A DNA stretch of 64,000 nucleotides from an uncultured Candidatus Rokubacteria bacterium. Its GTDB lineage: Bacteria > Methylomirabilota > Methylomirabilia > Rokubacteriales > CSP1-6. Shown here in pieces: positions 21,726 through 31,758 of this stretch. The stretch lies in assembly GCA_963771355.1 (NCBI GenBank), contig CAVYTA010000007.1, forward strand, positions 320,001 to 384,000, in the 5' to 3' direction. Each line of letters starts with the position of its first letter. Position 1 is the stretch's first letter. Both the position numbers and the translations under genes were made by a program. The notes under the pieces are model-generated. The model did no database searches. It saw nothing but the letters and a program-made list of their open reading frames with translations, and was not told the origin of the DNA.

Positions 21726-24085
21726 ACGACCTCGACTTCGACCGCTCGCTGCCCGACACCTCGTCCACCGTGCGCGTCCACGGGCTCGGCGCCCGCGCCG
21801 AGATCTGGCGGGACGCGGAGGGGATCCCGCACGCCCGCGCGGCGTCCGAAGCCGACGCCTTCTTCGCCCAGGGCTGGGTGCACGCGCAGGACCGCCTCTG
21901 GCAGATGGAGTACGATCGGCGCCGCGCCTATGGCCGCTGGGCCGAGCTGGCCGGGCCCGCCGCCCTCGCCCAGGACGTCCAGATGCGCCGCTTTCGTCTG
22001 GAGGCGAGCGCCCGCGCGGACTACGCCGCCGCGAGCGCGGACACGCGCGTCATGCTCGACGCCTACGCGGCGGGCGTCAACGCGCTCCTCGGGAGCGCGC
22101 GGGCGCTGCCGGTGGAGTTCGGGCTCGTCGGCGCCCGGCCCGAGCCCTGGCAGCCGTGGGACAGCGCCGCCGTCTTCAAGGTGCGCCATATCCTCATGGG
22201 CATCTGGCAGGTCAAGGCCTGGCGGGCGCGGCTGGTGCGCCATCTGGGCGCGGTGCGTGCCGCCGCCCTCTGCCCCGGCACCCAGGACAACCCCCTCCTG
22301 ATCATCCCGCCCGGGATCGAGTACACGGGGCCGGGCGATCACGCCGCCGCCGCCGGGCTCGCCGAGCTGAGCGCGGGCGAAGCCGCGCTGCCCGCCCTGC
22401 CCGAATGGGAAGTGGGCAGCAACAACTGGGCGGTGTCGGGACGGCGCACCGCGTCCGGCAAGCCCCTGGTGGCGGGTGATCCGCATCGCCCGCTCGACGT
22501 GCCGTCCGTGTATTACCAGAATCACCTCGCCTGTCCGGAGTGGGACGCCATCGGTCTCTCCTTCCCCGGGGTGCCGGGCCTGCCGCACTTCGGTCACACC
22601 GCGCACGTCGCCTGGTGCGTCACCCATGCCCAGGCCGACTATCAGGACCTCTACGTCGAGCGCTTCGATCCCGCGGACCCGCGCCGCTACGCGTTCGAGA
22701 ACGGCTGGCGCGTGGCCGAGATGACCCATGAGACCGTCGCGGTGCGCGGCGCCGCGCCGGTGACGCTCGAGCTCACGGTGACGCATCACGGGCCCATCGT
22801 GCTGGGCGATCCGCGTCGCGGCGCCGCCATCGCGTTCCGCTATACCGCGACCGCCCGCCCCAACTCCACCTTCGAGGCCCTGCTGCCCATGCTGCGGGCC
22901 CGCAACGCGGACGAGTTCGAGGAGGCGCAGCGCCCCTGGGTGGATCCCGCCAACAACCTCGTCTACGCCGACGTCCACGGCGCCATCGGCTACCGCACGC
23001 GCGGCGAAATCCCCGTGCGCGCCCGCGCGAATGCCTGGCTGCCGGTGCCGGGCTGGGACGGCGCGCACGAGTGGCAGGGCGCGGTGCCCTTCGAGGAGAT
23101 GCCGGCGCTCCGCGACCCCGCGGTGGGCTTCGTGGCCACCGCCAATAGCCGCATCGAGGGCGAGGGGTACCCGCACTATCTGAGCCTGGACTGGAGTCCC
23201 GATTTCCGCACCCGCCGCGTGGTCGAGCGGCTCCGGCCGCTCACGCGGGCCACCGTGGCCGACATGGCGGCCATCCACGGAGATCGCGTGTCCATCCCGG
23301 CGCGTGAGCTGATCGAGATACTCACCGCGCGGCTGCCCGAGCTGCGCGCGGCGGACCCATCGCTGTCGAGCGACGTCGTGGTGCGGGATGCGCTGGACCG
23401 ATTCCTGGCCTGGGACGGCGTCATGGATGGGGCGGTGGTGGCGCCGACCATCTACAGCGCGTTCCGCGAGCGGCTGCTGCACGACCTCATGGAGCCCATC
23501 CTGGGCCCGCTCGCCGCCGAGGCGTTCGCCGGCACGCCGCGCGGCGCCGTGGGTCACATGGCGCGGCTGCGCTCGCTTCTCACCGCCATGATCCGTCGTG
23601 ACGATCGCACCCTGCTGCCGGACGGCGACGCGTGGCCGGCCGCCCTCGCGCGTGCCTTCGCGGGCGCGGTGGCCGAGCTCCGGGCGGAGCTCGGCGGCGA
23701 CGTGGCGTCCTGGCGCTGGGCACGCGTGCACACCACCAGGCCCGAGCATCCCCTGGCCGCCGCCTTCCCCGCCGCGGCGGCGCGGCTCAACCCGCCCGCC
23801 GTCGCCATCGGCGGCGACGGCGACACCGTGCAGGCCGCATCCTTCATCGCCGCCGCCGGCTACGGGCTCACCTCGACCTCGGTGGCGCGCTACGTCTTCG
23901 ATCTCGGGGATTGGGAGCAGAGCGCCTGGATCGTGCCGCTGGGCGCCTCCGGCCATCCCGGGAGCCCACACTATGCCGATCAGGCGCCGGCCTGGGCGGA
24001 GTGCCGGCTGCTCCCGATGCGCTACGGCTGGGCGGGCATCGCGCGCGACGCGGAGTCGCGACAGACGCTCGAGCCCGCCGGCTGA
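21722..24085 (+). CDS. Penicillin acylase family (Ntn-hydrolase) amidase
   Basis: GIPH, HAQDRLWQM, GSNNWAV nucleophile site, DPH, HHGPI, TANSR, SPHYADQ. Confidence 0.92.
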   Translation: MNDLDFDRSLPDTSSTVRVHGLGARAEIWRDAEGIPHARAASEADAFFAQGWVHAQDRLWQMEYDRRRAYGRWAELAGPAALAQDVQMRRFRLEASARADYAAASADTRVMLDAYAAGVNALLGSARALPVEFGLVGARPEPWQPWDSAAVFKVRHILMGIWQVKAWRARLVRHLGAVRAAALCPGTQDNPLLIIPPGIEYTGPGDHAAAAGLAELSAGEAALPALPEWEVGSNNWAVSGRRTASGKPLVAGDPHRPLDVPSVYYQNHLACPEWDAIGLSFPGVPGLPHFGHTAHVAWCVTHAQADYQDLYVERFDPADPRRYAFENGWRVAEMTHETVAVRGAAPVTLELTVTHHGPIVLGDPRRGAAIAFRYTATARPNSTFEALLPMLRARNADEFEEAQRPWVDPANNLVYADVHGAIGYRTRGEIPVRARANAWLPVPGWDGAHEWQGAVPFEEMPALRDPAVGFVATANSRIEGEGYPHYLSLDWSPDFRTRRVVERLRPLTRATVADMAAIHGDRVSIPARELIEILTARLPELRAADPSLSSDVVVRDALDRFLAWDGVMDGAVVAPTIYSAFRERLLHDLMEPILGPLAAEAFAGTPRGAVGHMARLRSLLTAMIRRDDRTLLPDGDAWPAALARAFAGAVAELRAELGGDVASWRWARVHTTRPEHPLAAAFPAAAARLNPPAVAIGGDGDTVQAASFIAAAGYGLTSTSVARYVFDLGDWEQSAWIVPLGASGHPGSPHYADQAPAWAECRLLPMRYGWAGIARDAESRQTLEPAG

Positions 24086-24092
24086 CTCGACC

Positions 24093-25637
24093 TCAGGCCG
24101 CCGGCAGGGTGAAGGTGAACGTGCTGCCCTTGCCCTCCTCGCTCTCGACCCAGATGCGGCCGCCGTGCGCCTCGATCACGCTCCGGGTGATGGCCAGCCC
24201 GAGCCCCGTGCCCTCGATGTCGCGGGTGGCCTTGCTCTTCACCCGGTAGAACTTGTCGAAGACATAGGGCAGGTCGGCGGCCGGAATGCCGAGGCCGGTA
24301 TCCGTCACGGAGACGGTGACGACCGAGGCGGCGGCGCCTTCCGGCGCGCCTCCCGCCGTCACGGTCACCGCGATCCGCGCGCGCCCGCCGGCCGGCGTGT
24401 ACTTCACGGCATTGCCCGCGAGATTCGACAGCGCCTGGGTGAGCCGACCCGGCGTGGCCAGGACGGGCACGCGCTCCGGCGTCTCCACCGCGAGCGCGAT
24501 GTTCTTGGCCTCGGCCTGCACCTGCAGCGAGGTGGCCACGTCGTGCACGAGCGGAACCAGGTCCACCGCCTCGCGGGGAGCCTCCAGCCCGGACTCGATC
24601 TTGCCGAGATCGAGGAGGTCGATGATGAGCTCGTTCATGGACCGGGCCACCCGGAGAATGCTCTCGCACCGCGGCGCATAGCGCGCATCGGTGGGGCCCG
24701 ACCGGAGCATCAACTCGGCGGTCAGGACGATGGCGCCGAGCGGGTTCTTGAGATCGTGCGAGACCGTGTTCACGAAGGTGTTCTTCATCCCCTCCAGCTC
24801 CTTGAGGAGCGTGATGTCACGGAGGATGGCGGCGACGCCCACCGCCTCGCCATAGGCGGTGCGCACCGGGACCACGCTGGCCAGCGCGGTGCGGCCGTCG
24901 GGCAGCCCAAGCTCGGTGGTGGCGGGCTCGCCCGCCTCGAGGAGCGGGCGCAGCGGTCCCTCCGCGAGCGGCGCGGGCAGGGGGGCGCCCCCGAGCGCCT
25001 CGGGCTCGAGCCCCAGCATGGAGCGGACGGCGGGATTGGCGAGGAGCACGATCCCGTCGGGATTCACCATCACCACCGCATCCTGGGTGCTGCCGAGCAC
25101 GGCCGCGAGCGTGCTGCGCTCATCGGACAGCGACTGGTAGATGCGCGAGGTCTCGAAGCCCGCGCCGAGCCCCGCCGCCACCAGCGAGGCCACCTGCACG
25201 TCGTCGGGGCCATAGACACTTCGGCCGCGCGCCGCGAAGACGAGGGCGCCCAGCACCTCGAGGCCCCGCCGGACGGGAGCGATGAGGGCGGCGTGAAGAC
25301 CCAGCGCCGTCCAGCGCCCCTCGAGATCGGGGACGGGGTTCGGTTCCGCGGCGAGGTCGTCGATGAGCACCACGCGGCCAGTGGCAATAGCGCGTGCAGG
25401 CAGCCCCTCGCCCAGCGCGAAGGGCCGCTCTGCATACGCCTCCGCCGAGTCGCCCGTGAGCGGGTGCACGAGATACGCCTCGCTCTCCGCGTCCCGCAGG
25501 CAGACCGCCAGGTAATCGAAGGCGATGGCCGTCTCCGCCTGGTCGGCGAGGGTCTGGAACACGTGGGTGGGAATGGGCGAGCCGGCCAGCGCGATCAGGA
25601 GCTCGGATACGCGGCCGAGCCGATCCGCGAGGGTCAC
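24093..25637 (-). CDS. Soluble GAF-PAS sensor histidine kinase
   Basis: SHDLKNPL H-box, NLAGNAVKY, DTGLGI, GTGLGL; GTG start overlaps the upstream stop. Confidence 0.9.
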   Translation of the reverse strand: MTLADRLGRVSELLIALAGSPIPTHVFQTLADQAETAIAFDYLAVCLRDAESEAYLVHPLTGDSAEAYAERPFALGEGLPARAIATGRVVLIDDLAAEPNPVPDLEGRWTALGLHAALIAPVRRGLEVLGALVFAARGRSVYGPDDVQVASLVAAGLGAGFETSRIYQSLSDERSTLAAVLGSTQDAVVMVNPDGIVLLANPAVRSMLGLEPEALGGAPLPAPLAEGPLRPLLEAGEPATTELGLPDGRTALASVVPVRTAYGEAVGVAAILRDITLLKELEGMKNTFVNTVSHDLKNPLGAIVLTAELMLRSGPTDARYAPRCESILRVARSMNELIIDLLDLGKIESGLEAPREAVDLVPLVHDVATSLQVQAEAKNIALAVETPERVPVLATPGRLTQALSNLAGNAVKYTPAGGRARIAVTVTAGGAPEGAAASVVTVSVTDTGLGIPAADLPYVFDKFYRVKSKATRDIEGTGLGLAITRSVIEAHGGRIWVESEEGKGSTFTFTLPAA

Positions 25638-26263
25638 GTCGTCGCTTCCCCGTATCCGCAGTGGGCGGCCACCAGCGCCGCCAGCGCGATCCCACCGGGG
25701 ATGGTGTCCACGGGCCCCACCACCGCGCGATGGCGGATCACGCCGGCCTTGTCCACGACGTAGAGACCCTGTTCCACCGCGGTCATCGCATGGTGGTGGA
25801 GGCGGCGCACGAAGTTCCGGTTCACCACGTCCAGCCATGCGCCGCGAATCTGGGGCCCGCTATCCCCAGTGGTGAAGGCACGGGCAAAGCTCACGAGCCC
25901 AGTGCGCGTGGCTACCAGCGCGCCCCGATCTCCCAGGCCATAGACGGCATAGAGGCGCTTGTCGGGATCGCACACGACGGGGTAGGGGACCGGCGCAGGC
26001 CGGAAAAAGCTCCGCGCCGCCTCCAGGAGATTGGGCGCGACCTGGATGACCTCGGCCTCGGCGGCGAGGAGGCCCTGGTAGCCCTCGATGATCCCCTGCA
26101 TGTAGCCGCGGCAGAATGGGCAGGTGAACCCGCGTGAGAACCACACGATGACGTTCTGGCGCCCGCGATAGGCAGCCAGGTCGACGGTGGCGCCTCGTAC
26201 CGAGGGCAGCGAGAAGAGCGGCGCCGGCTGGCCGACCGCCGCCGGTAGAGCGTCGAGGGCCAT
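25634..26263 (-). CDS. AhpC/TSA (redoxin) family protein
   Basis: GQPAPLFSL, RGFTCPFC (CxxC), CDPDKRLYAVYGL, YVVDKAGVIR. Confidence 0.8.
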   Translation of the reverse strand: MALDALPAAVGQPAPLFSLPSVRGATVDLAAYRGRQNVIVWFSRGFTCPFCRGYMQGIIEGYQGLLAAEAEVIQVAPNLLEAARSFFRPAPVPYPVVCDPDKRLYAVYGLGDRGALVATRTGLVSFARAFTTGDSGPQIRGAWLDVVNRNFVRRLHHHAMTAVEQGLYVVDKAGVIRHRAVVGPVDTIPGGIALAALVAAHCGYGEATT

Positions 26264-26271
26264 CGTCTCAT

Positions 26272-27198
26272 CTAGGACTTGGCGGCGGGACTTGTCAACG
26301 GAGTCGGAGCCGCCGCGGGCGCGCTGCGTCCTGCCCCGGTGACCAGCCGCAGGAAGCCGGGCGACAGGCGCGGGTCGAGCGTGTCGCGGATCCCGTCGCC
26401 GAGGAGGTTGAAGGCGAGGACGGTGACGGTGATGGCGAGGCCCGGGAAGAAGGCCAGCCACCACGGCGGGACCAGGGCGGTGATCGAGTCCGCCAGCATA
26501 TTGCCCCAGGTGGGGGTGGGCGGCGGCACTCCCACGCCGAGGAAGCCCAGGGCGGCCTCGATGACGATGGCGACCCCGAGGTGAGTCGTGGCGAGCACGA
26601 GATACGGGGCCACGCACTGGGGCAGCACGTGAACGGCCATTACCCGCAGTGCAGAGCCGCCGTTGGCCCGGCCCGCCTCCACGAAGGGCATCTCGCGCAC
26701 GGAGAGCGCCACCGAGCGAATGACGCGGCCGCCGAAGGGGATGCGCGTGATGGCGATGGCGAAGATGACGGCCTGCAGGCCGGTTCCGATGGCCATGGAG
26801 ATGGCCATGGCGAGGATCAGGTCGGGGAAGGACTGAAGGACTTCCATGATGCGCTGGCTCACGAGATCGAAGCGTCCCCGCAGGTAGCCACACGCCACGC
26901 CCCAGAGCGAGCCGACCGTGGTCCCCAGCAGCACCGCGGAGAACGCGACGAAGAGCGACGTCCGCGCTCCGTAGATCACCCGGCTGAGGGTGTCGCGGCC
27001 GACCTGATCAGTGCCGAGAAGGCTCTGGGCATCGGGCGGCTTGTTCATGCGTCGGAAGTCCGCCTTGAGCGGATCGCGTGGGGCAAGAACGGGCGCGGCC
27101 AGGGCCACGACGATGATGAGGAGTCCCACCACCCCGCCGATGGCGGAGAGCGTGTTGCGCCGGGTGAACCGGCCCAGCTCCCGCAGGATCGCGCGCAT
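26272..27198 (-). CDS. Peptide/nickel ABC transporter permease (DppC/OppC-like)
   Basis: LGTDQVGRD, FVEAGRANG (EAA loop), EAALGFLGVG, FNLLGDGIRD. Confidence 0.92.
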   Translation of the reverse strand: MRAILRELGRFTRRNTLSAIGGVVGLLIIVVALAAPVLAPRDPLKADFRRMNKPPDAQSLLGTDQVGRDTLSRVIYGARTSLFVAFSAVLLGTTVGSLWGVACGYLRGRFDLVSQRIMEVLQSFPDLILAMAISMAIGTGLQAVIFAIAITRIPFGGRVIRSVALSVREMPFVEAGRANGGSALRVMAVHVLPQCVAPYLVLATTHLGVAIVIEAALGFLGVGVPPPTPTWGNMLADSITALVPPWWLAFFPGLAITVTVLAFNLLGDGIRDTLDPRLSPGFLRLVTGAGRSAPAAAPTPLTSPAAKS

Positions 27199-28155
27199 CA
27201 GCCGTACCGGATACGCGGGTCGAGCCACGCGTAGCTGAGGTCCACGAGGACGTTGACCGCCACGAAGATCACCGCGTAGAGCAGCACGAGGTTCTGCACG
27301 ACGATGATGTCGCGCTCGATCACGGCAACGACGAGCGCGCGCCCCAGCCCGGGCACGCCGAAGGCCTGCTCCACCGCCACCGAGCCGCCCAGCACGAAGC
27401 CCAGCAACACTCCCGAGATCGTGACCACCGGGAGCAGCGCGTTGGGGAGGGCGTGCCGGAGGACCACGAGACGTTCCCGCAGCCCCTTGGCGCGAGCGGT
27501 GCGCACGAAGTCCTCGCCGATCACCTCGAGGAGGCAGGACCGCGACATGCGTGCGATGTAGGCGCCCTGCGCGAGCCCCAGCACCAGCGCGGGGCCGATG
27601 ACGATCTGAAAATTCTGCCAGGGATCTTCCCAGAAGTGGACGATCAGGATGGGCGCCTTGTAGCCGAACCAGAAGAGGAGGGCGAGGACGACCAGCATGC
27701 CGAGCCAGAAGCCCGGGATGGCGATAAACAGGACCGACAGCGAGCGCGCCACGCTGTCGGGCAGGCTATTGGGCTTGAATGCGCTGAGGACTCCTACCGG
27801 GAGGCCAACCAGCCAGGAGATGATGAAGGACAGGAAGCGCGATCTCGGCGCTGATCGGGCCGCGGTGGAGGATCAGGTCGGCCACGGTGTCGCCCCGGAA
27901 GAAGGACTTGCCCAGCCGCCCCGCTCCGATGTCGACGAGCCAGCGGCCGTACTGGACGGGCAGGGGCGCGCTCAGCCCGAGATCGGCCATGATGCGCACG
28001 CGGTCTTCCGGCTTCATCTGCGCGTGGCCTTCGACACCCAGGATGGCCACCAGCGGGTCCCCGGGAATCACCCGCAGGACCAGGAAGATGATGACGGAGA
28101 CCCCGATGAAGGTCCCCAGGGCGAAGAGCGCCCGCCGGGCGAGGTATTTCTGCAT
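27198..28155 (-). CDS. Peptide/nickel ABC transporter permease (DppB/OppB-like), +1 frameshift near 27834
   Basis: MQKYLARR..IPGDP N-part in one frame; IPGFWLG, FVRTARAKGL, LDPRIRY in another; span is 3n+1. Confidence 0.88.
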
Positions 28156-28209
28156 GGGTCTGGGCCGTCGCTCTCGGCGTTCTCGTCCGGCGGGCGGTGA
28201 CCCCCTCGG

Positions 28210-29898
28210 CTAGCCCTGAGCCATCCAGACGTTGTCCCAGCGGACCACGTCGTAGATCCCGAAGAACGTGGACGGGTTCTGTCCGCGCACCCGATTGTAG
28301 TAGGCGTCGTAGATCTGCTCGTACGCCACCGGGATCAACGGCGGGTCGTCCTCAAGAATCTCTTCCGCCTTGCGTACCAGGGTCTTGCGCCGGTTGTCGT
28401 CGAGCTCGCGATCCACCTGGGCCGCTAGATCGTGGAAGGCCGGGTTCGTCCACCGTGAGTAGTTCTGCGGGCCGCCCTTGCCATACCAGGCGCTGAAGAT
28501 GTCGGACGGGTCCATGAGGGTGGAGACGATGGCGCTGATGGCGAGGTCGAAGTTGCCCGCCTGGGCCTCGTCGAACCACACGGAGGTCTGTACCACGCGC
28601 AGGTTGCACTCGATGTTGAGGTGCTCCTTCAGCATGGCCTGGATGGCCACCGCCCAGAGCTTGAAGGTCGGAATGTCGCGCACGCAGAAGTCGAGGTTCT
28701 TGAGCCCCTGGCCGTAGCCCGCTGCCTGCATGAGCTTCCGGGCTTCCTGCACCGCGGGCTTGACGTCCTTCTGGTAGCCGAGCTTCTTCTCGAGCTCCGC
28801 CCGCGGCGTGGACATCTCATGGAAGGGATAGACGAAGCCGCCCACCTGCATGGGGGCGGCATCCTTCACCACTTCGATCAGCGTGGGGCGATCCATGGCG
28901 AGATGAATGGCCCGCCGCACCCGCTTGTCGGCCAGCGCCTTGTTCTTCTCCATGTTCATCCAGAAGGCCTGGATGACCGACTGATTGAAATTCGCCGCCG
29001 TCACGCCGGGCATCTCCTTGGCCTTGCGCCAGGTGACCGGGTCGAGCAGCCGGGCGTAGTCGACCCGCCCGGACAGGAAGGTCGCGCCGAGCTCCGGCGT
29101 GAAGGGCAGGAAGTGGTAGATCTCCAGCTTGTCCACGAGCGGGAGCCCCTTGTTCCAGTAGTCGGGGTTCCGCTCCTGGATCCAGATCTCCTTGTCCTTC
29201 CGCGAGACGTGGCGGAAGGGCCCCGTGCCCGGATAGTTCATCACCTGCCGGAGGTTGCCTTGGTTATCGTCGAGGGTCTTCTTCCGCACGATGATGTTCC
29301 AGCCGCTCGCGAAGGCGCCCAGCATGTAGGCCTTCGGCCGCGCCTCGGTGAGCCGGAACTCGACCTTGTGCGGGTCCAGCACCACGATGTCGCCCACGGT
29401 GGCGAAGAGCGGCGTGCGCGGGATGACCACGCCCTTGGGCGGATGCGCGATGCGGTCGTAGGTCGCCTTGACGTCGTCGGCGGTGAAGTCGGCGCCGTCG
29501 TGGAACTTCACGCCCTTGCGGAGATGGAAGGTGTAGCGCTTCCCGTCCGGCGAGATGTCGTACTTCCAGGCCAGATCCGGGATGATGGTCTGCCCATCCT
29601 TTGGGCTGCGACGAAGCAGGGTGTCGTACATCGGGCTCTGGGGCCCGATATTGGCCACCGTGCCCGACTGGTGGACGTCGAAGTGGGCGGGCGCATTGTG
29701 CACCGCGTAGCGAAGAGTGCCGCCCCGCTTGGCCGCCGGATCGGGCCGGACGGGCGAGGGGGTTTCCTGCGCCTCCGCCCGCCCGCGCAGGACGGCGGGA
29801 CCAAGGGCGGCGGCCCCGCCGACCACTCCCGCGGTGCGGAGGAAGGCGCGACGGCTGACGGATCTCTTCGAGTGGCCGGAGTTAGTCGGGTCGGACAT
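28210..29898 (-). CDS. Family 5 ABC substrate-binding protein with Tat signal
   Basis: SRRAFLR twin-arginine motif, PDLAWKY, YTFHLRKGVKFHDG, GTGPF, DKRVRRAI; GGAGG RBS. Confidence 0.92.
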   Translation of the reverse strand: MSDPTNSGHSKRSVSRRAFLRTAGVVGGAAALGPAVLRGRAEAQETPSPVRPDPAAKRGGTLRYAVHNAPAHFDVHQSGTVANIGPQSPMYDTLLRRSPKDGQTIIPDLAWKYDISPDGKRYTFHLRKGVKFHDGADFTADDVKATYDRIAHPPKGVVIPRTPLFATVGDIVVLDPHKVEFRLTEARPKAYMLGAFASGWNIIVRKKTLDDNQGNLRQVMNYPGTGPFRHVSRKDKEIWIQERNPDYWNKGLPLVDKLEIYHFLPFTPELGATFLSGRVDYARLLDPVTWRKAKEMPGVTAANFNQSVIQAFWMNMEKNKALADKRVRRAIHLAMDRPTLIEVVKDAAPMQVGGFVYPFHEMSTPRAELEKKLGYQKDVKPAVQEARKLMQAAGYGQGLKNLDFCVRDIPTFKLWAVAIQAMLKEHLNIECNLRVVQTSVWFDEAQAGNFDLAISAIVSTLMDPSDIFSAWYGKGGPQNYSRWTNPAFHDLAAQVDRELDDNRRKTLVRKAEEILEDDPPLIPVAYEQIYDAYYNRVRGQNPSTFFGIYDVVRWDNVWMAQG

Positions 29899-30039
29899 GG
29901 GACACCCTCCTCTGGGCTCTTCCCGCGCTTCGGTGCGCAAGGTGGGGGAAACATACACGAGGGTCCCGGGGGATACAAGAGCGCCGCCCAGGCGCTTTTT
30001 GGCCGCGCCGGACGCGGATGATACCCTGGCGGCACCGCC

Positions 30040-31743
30040 GTGAGCATCCCGTACCGCCGAGAGCCCGTCCCGATCGACTTGCCCGCCGAGCCCGCGGTCC
30101 GGCTGATCCCGCTCGGGGGGCTGGGGGAAATCGGGCTGAACATGATGCTGGTCGAGTCCGGCGACGACATCGTGGCGGTGGACTGCGGCCTGCTCTTTCC
30201 CGACGACGAGATGCCCGGAGTGGACTACGTCATTCCCGACTTCACCTATCTCCACGAGCATCGCGAGGCCTTCCGCGGGGTGGTGCTGACCCACGGGCAC
30301 GAGGACCACATCGGTGCGCTCTCGTACCTCCTGCGCGACTTCGACGTGCCCGTGTACGGGACGCCGCTGACCCTGGCCATCGCGCGGCACCGGCTCGCGG
30401 AGCACGGGCTCCTCGACCGCGCGGACCTGCGCCCCTACCGGCCGGGGGACACGATCACCCTCGGCTGCTTCCAGATCGTTCCCATCCGGGTGACGCACTC
30501 CATCGCCGACGGCATCGGGCTGGCCATCGAAACCCCCGCCGGCACCGTGGTCCACACGGGCGACTTCAAGCTCGACCCGGATCCCGTGGACCATCAGCAG
30601 CCCGACTACGCGCAGTTCGCCGCGCTGGGCGACCGCGGGGTGCTCTGCCTCTGCTCGGACTCCACCAACGTGGGGCGCCCGGGGCGCACGGGCTCGGAGA
30701 CCGAGGTGGGCGCCGCGCTGCGCGGGCGCTTCGACGCGGCCACCGGGCGCATCATCGTGGCCACCTTCGCCTCGCACATCCACCGCATCCAGCAGGTGCT
30801 GGATCTCACGGCCGCGTGCTCCCGCAAGATCGGGCTGCTCGGGCGCAGCATGGCGGCGAATGTGGCGGTGGCGGCGGAGCTGGGCTATCTCCACCTGCCG
30901 GAGGGCGTGCTGCTGCCGCTGGAGGAGCTGGCCGACTTGCCCGCCGACCACCAGGTGATCCTGTCCACCGGCAGCCAGGGCGAGCAGAACTCCGCGCTGT
31001 CGCTGATGGCGGCCGGTGAGCACCGGCACTTCACGGTCGGCGCGGGGGACCTCGTCATCTTCTCCTCGCGGGTGATCCCCGGCAACGAGCGGGTGATCGG
31101 CCGGCTCATCAATGCGCTCCTGCGGCGCGGCGCCGAGGTGCTGTGGGAGGACGTGGCCTTCGTGCACGTCTCCGGCCACGCGAGCCAGGAGGATCTCAAG
31201 CACATGCTTGCCCTGACCCGGCCGCGGTACTTCATGCCCGTCCACGGCGAGTATCGTCACCTCCTCCAGCACGCGCGGCTGGCCACGGAGGCGGGCGTGC
31301 CGGCGGACCGGGTGTTCCTGGTGGAGGACGGGGTCGGCCTCGAGCTGACCAAGTCGGGCGCGCGCGTGCTCGGTCCCTATCCGGCGGGGCGGGTGTTCGT
31401 GGACGGCAAAGGCATCGGCGACGTGGGCTCGGTGGTGCTGCGCGACCGCCAGATCCTCGCCGAGGCGGGGATGGTGGTGGTGGCGCTCACCATCGACAAG
31501 GCCACCGGCACCATCGTGGCGGGCCCCGAGATCGCCTCGCGCGGATTCGTCTACATGAAGGAGTCGGATGACCTCATGGACGAGGTGAAGGAAGCGGTCC
31601 GCGAGGCGATGGCCTATCGCGAGGATCCGGAGGTCCTGGACCGCGAGCTGTTCGGCGCGCGGGTGCGCAGCGCGGTGCGCCGCTTCATCAACCAGCGCTT
31701 CCAGCGCAAGCCCATCGTGATTCCCGTGATCCTGGAAGTCTGA
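30040..31743 (+). CDS. rnj: Ribonuclease J
   Basis: PLGGLGEIG, THGHEDHIG, HTGDFK, SDSTN, HVSGHAS, PVHGE. Confidence 0.96.
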   Translation: MSIPYRREPVPIDLPAEPAVRLIPLGGLGEIGLNMMLVESGDDIVAVDCGLLFPDDEMPGVDYVIPDFTYLHEHREAFRGVVLTHGHEDHIGALSYLLRDFDVPVYGTPLTLAIARHRLAEHGLLDRADLRPYRPGDTITLGCFQIVPIRVTHSIADGIGLAIETPAGTVVHTGDFKLDPDPVDHQQPDYAQFAALGDRGVLCLCSDSTNVGRPGRTGSETEVGAALRGRFDAATGRIIVATFASHIHRIQQVLDLTAACSRKIGLLGRSMAANVAVAAELGYLHLPEGVLLPLEELADLPADHQVILSTGSQGEQNSALSLMAAGEHRHFTVGAGDLVIFSSRVIPGNERVIGRLINALLRRGAEVLWEDVAFVHVSGHASQEDLKHMLALTRPRYFMPVHGEYRHLLQHARLATEAGVPADRVFLVEDGVGLELTKSGARVLGPYPAGRVFVDGKGIGDVGSVVLRDRQILAEAGMVVVALTIDKATGTIVAGPEIASRGFVYMKESDDLMDEVKEAVREAMAYREDPEVLDRELFGARVRSAVRRFINQRFQRKPIVIPVILEV

Positions 31744-31758
31744 GGCGAGGGAGGTCCC

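Noticed and set aside
25634..26263. Selenocysteine-containing redoxin
   Set aside because: Both CxxC codons are TGC and there is no in-frame TGA
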